This document shows positions 61,022 through 64,000 of a DNA stretch of 64,000 nt, piece by piece. Position numbers and translations under genes: made by a program. Source of the DNA: Microbotryum violaceum. Taxonomy: Eukaryota. Each line of letters starts with the position of its first letter. The stretch's first letter is position 1. The notes under the pieces are model-generated. The model saw nothing but the letters and a program-made list of their open reading frames with translations, was not told the origin of the DNA and ran no database searches. The stretch is from contig CDLV01000011.1 of NCBI GenBank assembly GCA_001244265.2, forward strand, positions 1,550,001 to 1,614,000, in the 5' to 3' direction.

Positions 61022-64000
61022 TTTTTTTTGGTATGAAACTCATCGCTAATTTGCAAGACGAGAAAACCCCCTACGGAACTAAAGGAGATGCTACCCAGCA
61101 TGCACGATGATGACCACAACCGCCGCTTGATGCGTTGTAACTAGCAGAACAGACCAACCCGATACATCCGAGTTCAAGTCCCCCCACCCACGGTTGCTCC
61201 CTCCCAGAGACGAATGAAAGGAAGGTTGAAGATTATACACAAGGAATCGGGAAAAGATGGATGAGTCGTTGGTGATGGTACATGTGTTGTACAGGCGAAT
61301 CCGATTATAGTCGTACAGTTGAACCTTCTTCGATCTTTTGACTTCAGCCCCCCCTGAGACCGCCATACTCCTTGAAGCCCCTTAATTCTTTGAGACGCGT
61401 CGAACAAGGCCTCCGATGGCACAAACATCCCGCTCAATCCAAATGATTCACGTGGTCCAAAGGGGAATGTAACTTCCTGCGACCGCGGCAATCACATACC
61501 CCTTGTACCCGTCTGCGCTGGATCTCCACCGCGGATTCCAAACCCCTTTTCGGTTACCAAAGTCGGCCCCCCTCGCGACCGCACGACCCCAGATCACCCC
61601 CATTCCAATGACTGCAACTGCGAAACAGGCCTACTTCGCACAAAAACACACAATCCAGAGATTTCCGGGGAAAGTCACGGAGCATGTGACAGTCCATTGG
61701 ACACGCCTCGGTCGGGTGCAGCGCGGGCGGGTGGCCGTCAACACCGGCGCGCGGCTGGAGACAAGGGCGGGGTATACCTTCCGCAGGGGCCTCGCTTCCC
61801 TGCGGCGTACTCCCAATCTCGGAACGCACACTCGAGTCCCCTTGTACGTGCAGGTGGTTCCCAATCACCGCAGATACTGGGGAAAGAAGGAGCATGAGGC
61901 CCACGACGGTGATGTCATTGGGTGGGACCTCGCTCGAGTGTGGATGTGTATGGCGGTTCGGTACCCGAGTCACCCGCCGCGGGGCCGCGACTCCGAGCGA
62001 GCAGCAAAGCAAGGAGAGGCGAGCCACGCAGGCAGTTTGTGCCGGCCTTGAACAGGAGATCACGGGGTCGCTCGACCGAAAGAGAAGACAGACCCGGCCC
62101 TTGAGAGGAGTGGAAAACTCACGGTATAGTCCAGGAGAGGGCCAAGGGGATACGTTTTCGCTGTGTGTCATCGTGATGTGGCAGAAGCTCGAACCAAGGG
62201 CGACAATGCCCGCCGGCGCAAAGAACCCGAGGCTCCTGGGGAGTACGGAAGCCTATGAGGAGGAATGGCAAAAAGAGCGAGAGAAAACAGGTTCAGTATT
62301 CTGGCGTGTTTGGGAGACATTTTGGAGATTGAGAAGGAGGGAAAAGGGACTTGTGATTTTTTGGGGGTTTGGTTTTTGCTTGGATAGGGAGGGAGGGACA
62401 TCTACTTCATCGCGCCAATCTGAGCTCCAACCTCTCCTTCAGTCCCGCCATCTCCTTGTCCATGCTCGACATCGCTCTGGCGTGGCGATGGAGATCCCAG
62501 CGTCGGTTGCTGAGAGTGTCGAGCGCCAGCGCAATGAAGGCGCGGATTGGACGCTTTTTCGACGTCGGAAGGCGAGCGCGCAGTCGAGGGAGGCCGTGCT
62601 CGATCTGAAGTGCCGTGTAGTCGAGGTCGAGGATCGACACGACCCCAGCGCGTCGCAGATAATGGACCTAGCTGCTTGCCAAAATTGAGAAGAGTCAGGG
62701 CAATCATGCCAAAAGTGAGTAAAGTCATCCTCCACCCCTGCCAGGCTGCATGCCTGCACAAGGCAGCAGGCCGAGTCGCCATGCCGCTGCACAAACTGGC
62801 GCTTCCGCGTTGGCGTGAAGTGGTACGCCAGCTTGAAGTGCACCTCGCGCTCGCGGGCCGTGGCGGGCCCGGTGTGGAACCACCCCAGAAGAGTCGCCTT
62901 TCTTTGGGTGTGGCGAGTGATCCAGGGCGTTGTGTGTCGTCGAAACGTCGATGGTTGATGACGCGTCGAAGTCGCGCAATGGTGTAGGGTCTGTCCAAGC
63001 TCAACATTCTCCACTGATTAGCAAGCAAGGGGGCGGAGGGGAGGGGAAGTCTTTGATCAGGCATGCCGACCGGAGTCGCTCTGGGCAAGATGTGCTCGAG
63101 GGGACCGCCGGGCCGGGCTCCAGGTGCTCCAACGACACGAATGACGGGTGGTCGACGTGCGAGGCCGGGAACAGGAGGCGGAAGCGGCGGGATGAAGCGA
63201 TCGCCTGCGACCTGGATCCACGCCTGGACTTGATCGCGCTTCCATTGCCAAAGGTTGGACAGCTCCGAGCCGTCGCCTTGGGGATGCTTCTCAGGGGTCC
63301 AGGGCACCGTTGGAGCTGCGGGGTATTGAGCTCGAGCATAGATGTCAGCGATGGTGCGTTCGAAACTGAAATGCTTCGCCAAACGCTTATCCTGCTCCGA
63401 GAACGCCCGCGAGTCATGCAGACCCGGTTGGAGGGGGGAAAGAGAAAGAAGATTGGAGACCGAAAGTTTGGCAGGATCGACGACGGCAGGGTAGCGTTCA
63501 GCGACCGAGAGCACCGCTCGCCAGCGGGGATGTAGCTCCCGGGGTGCGTCGGCGTTCCTCCACGTCCACAGATCCGCAGCAAAGTCAAAGGTCGGAAGCG
63601 CTCGCCGGATGGAACTCCGAGCCAGATCGCCCCAAATCGCAGTTGACCCGCCGGCCAGCACATCCCAGATCCGTACCGAGACTGAATCCACCACATCCTG
63701 GATGCTCACGACGCTGAGACCGCCTCGCGCCCGTGCCGTGAAGACGACCGATTGCTTGTAGTCGCTGCGCCGCGGGCCTCCCTTCACAAAGTCAGCAAGC
63801 TTGCGCTCGATCGACTTGATCACGTCGGATGGCGGGATGTCGGCGGAGAGAGAGTGCAGCACCTTGGAGATGCCGTAGCGGTTCAGATAGAAAGCCCGGG
63901 TATGGTGCGTCATCCATCGGTCGCGCACCGATAGAATCACTCGATCAACCCTTCGCTCAAGATCATGGAATCCCAGCCTGTTGTTGCCGTCAGGCGCAAA
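61022..64000 (-). mobile_element. L1-like LINE (family A), continues beyond the window; ORF2 C-terminal region with frameshifts and a ~1.4-kb 3' UTR
   Basis: RARGGLSVVSI, PTRKRQF..HGDS, C..C..DDFTHFWHDC zinc finger; short poly(A) at 61022-61029. Confidence 0.92.
61608..62051 (+). CDS. Candidate 147-aa antisense ORF in the LINE-A 3' UTR; unknown protein
   Basis: MTATAKQAYF..GYTFRRGLASLRRTPNLGTHTRVPLYVQVVPNHRRYWGKKEHEAHDGDVIGWDLARVWMCMAVRYP..; the shared part is protein-identical in the second copy (56369-56654). Confidence 0.5.
   Translation: MTATAKQAYFAQKHTIQRFPGKVTEHVTVHWTRLGRVQRGRVAVNTGARLETRAGYTFRRGLASLRRTPNLGTHTRVPLYVQVVPNHRRYWGKKEHEAHDGDVIGWDLARVWMCMAVRYPSHPPRGRDSERAAKQGEASHAGSLCRP

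Noticed and set aside
61554-62171. 205-aa sense ORF in the LINE-A 3' UTR
   Set aside because: Copy-to-copy differences are mostly non-synonymous in this frame; it is probably a shadow of the antisense ORF.
1-64000. CRISPR array, rRNA/tRNA genes or mating-type locus genes
   Set aside because: No repeat-spacer array, no recognisable rRNA/tRNA, and no pheromone, receptor or homeodomain genes seen.

Overview
Eukaryotic, intron-rich fungal DNA. Gene style and content suggest a basidiomycete, probably Pucciniomycotina/Microbotryomycetes; this is an inference. From about 2 to 46 kb it is a compact housekeeping block: a conserved membrane protein, DML1/Misato, PP4 regulatory subunit 2, a Zip2/SHOC1-like XPF-fold meiotic protein, DOP1, SSP120, a LAMTOR2-like roadblock protein, an M24 Xaa-Pro peptidase, cyclophilin A, MAF1, a coiled-coil protein, a TatD/Scn1 hydrolase, importin-9/KAP114 and a Cap64/Cas3-like SGNH protein. 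The block is interrupted by copia relics and a Crinkler-like REase-kinase pseudogene. From 46 kb to the end it is mobile DNA: a Ulp1-protease relic, a young Ty1/copia element with near-identical LTRs, and a gap-free head-to-tail chain of five L1-like LINE pieces. The most unusual signals are: (i) an antisense ORF in the 3' UTR of one LINE family that is far more conserved between copies than its flanks; (ii) a 667-bp foldback unit made of two inverted copia 5' LTR+PBS ends flanked by a 5-bp direct repeat; (iii) the LINE concatemer, with a shared 3'-terminal motif and one multiply inverted copy; (iv) a cyclophilin gene with two in-frame starts (mitochondrial presequence) and a 5-nt micro-exon. 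Exon boundaries were read by eye, family calls come from remembered motifs rather than searches, and some frameshifts may be homopolymer assembly errors.
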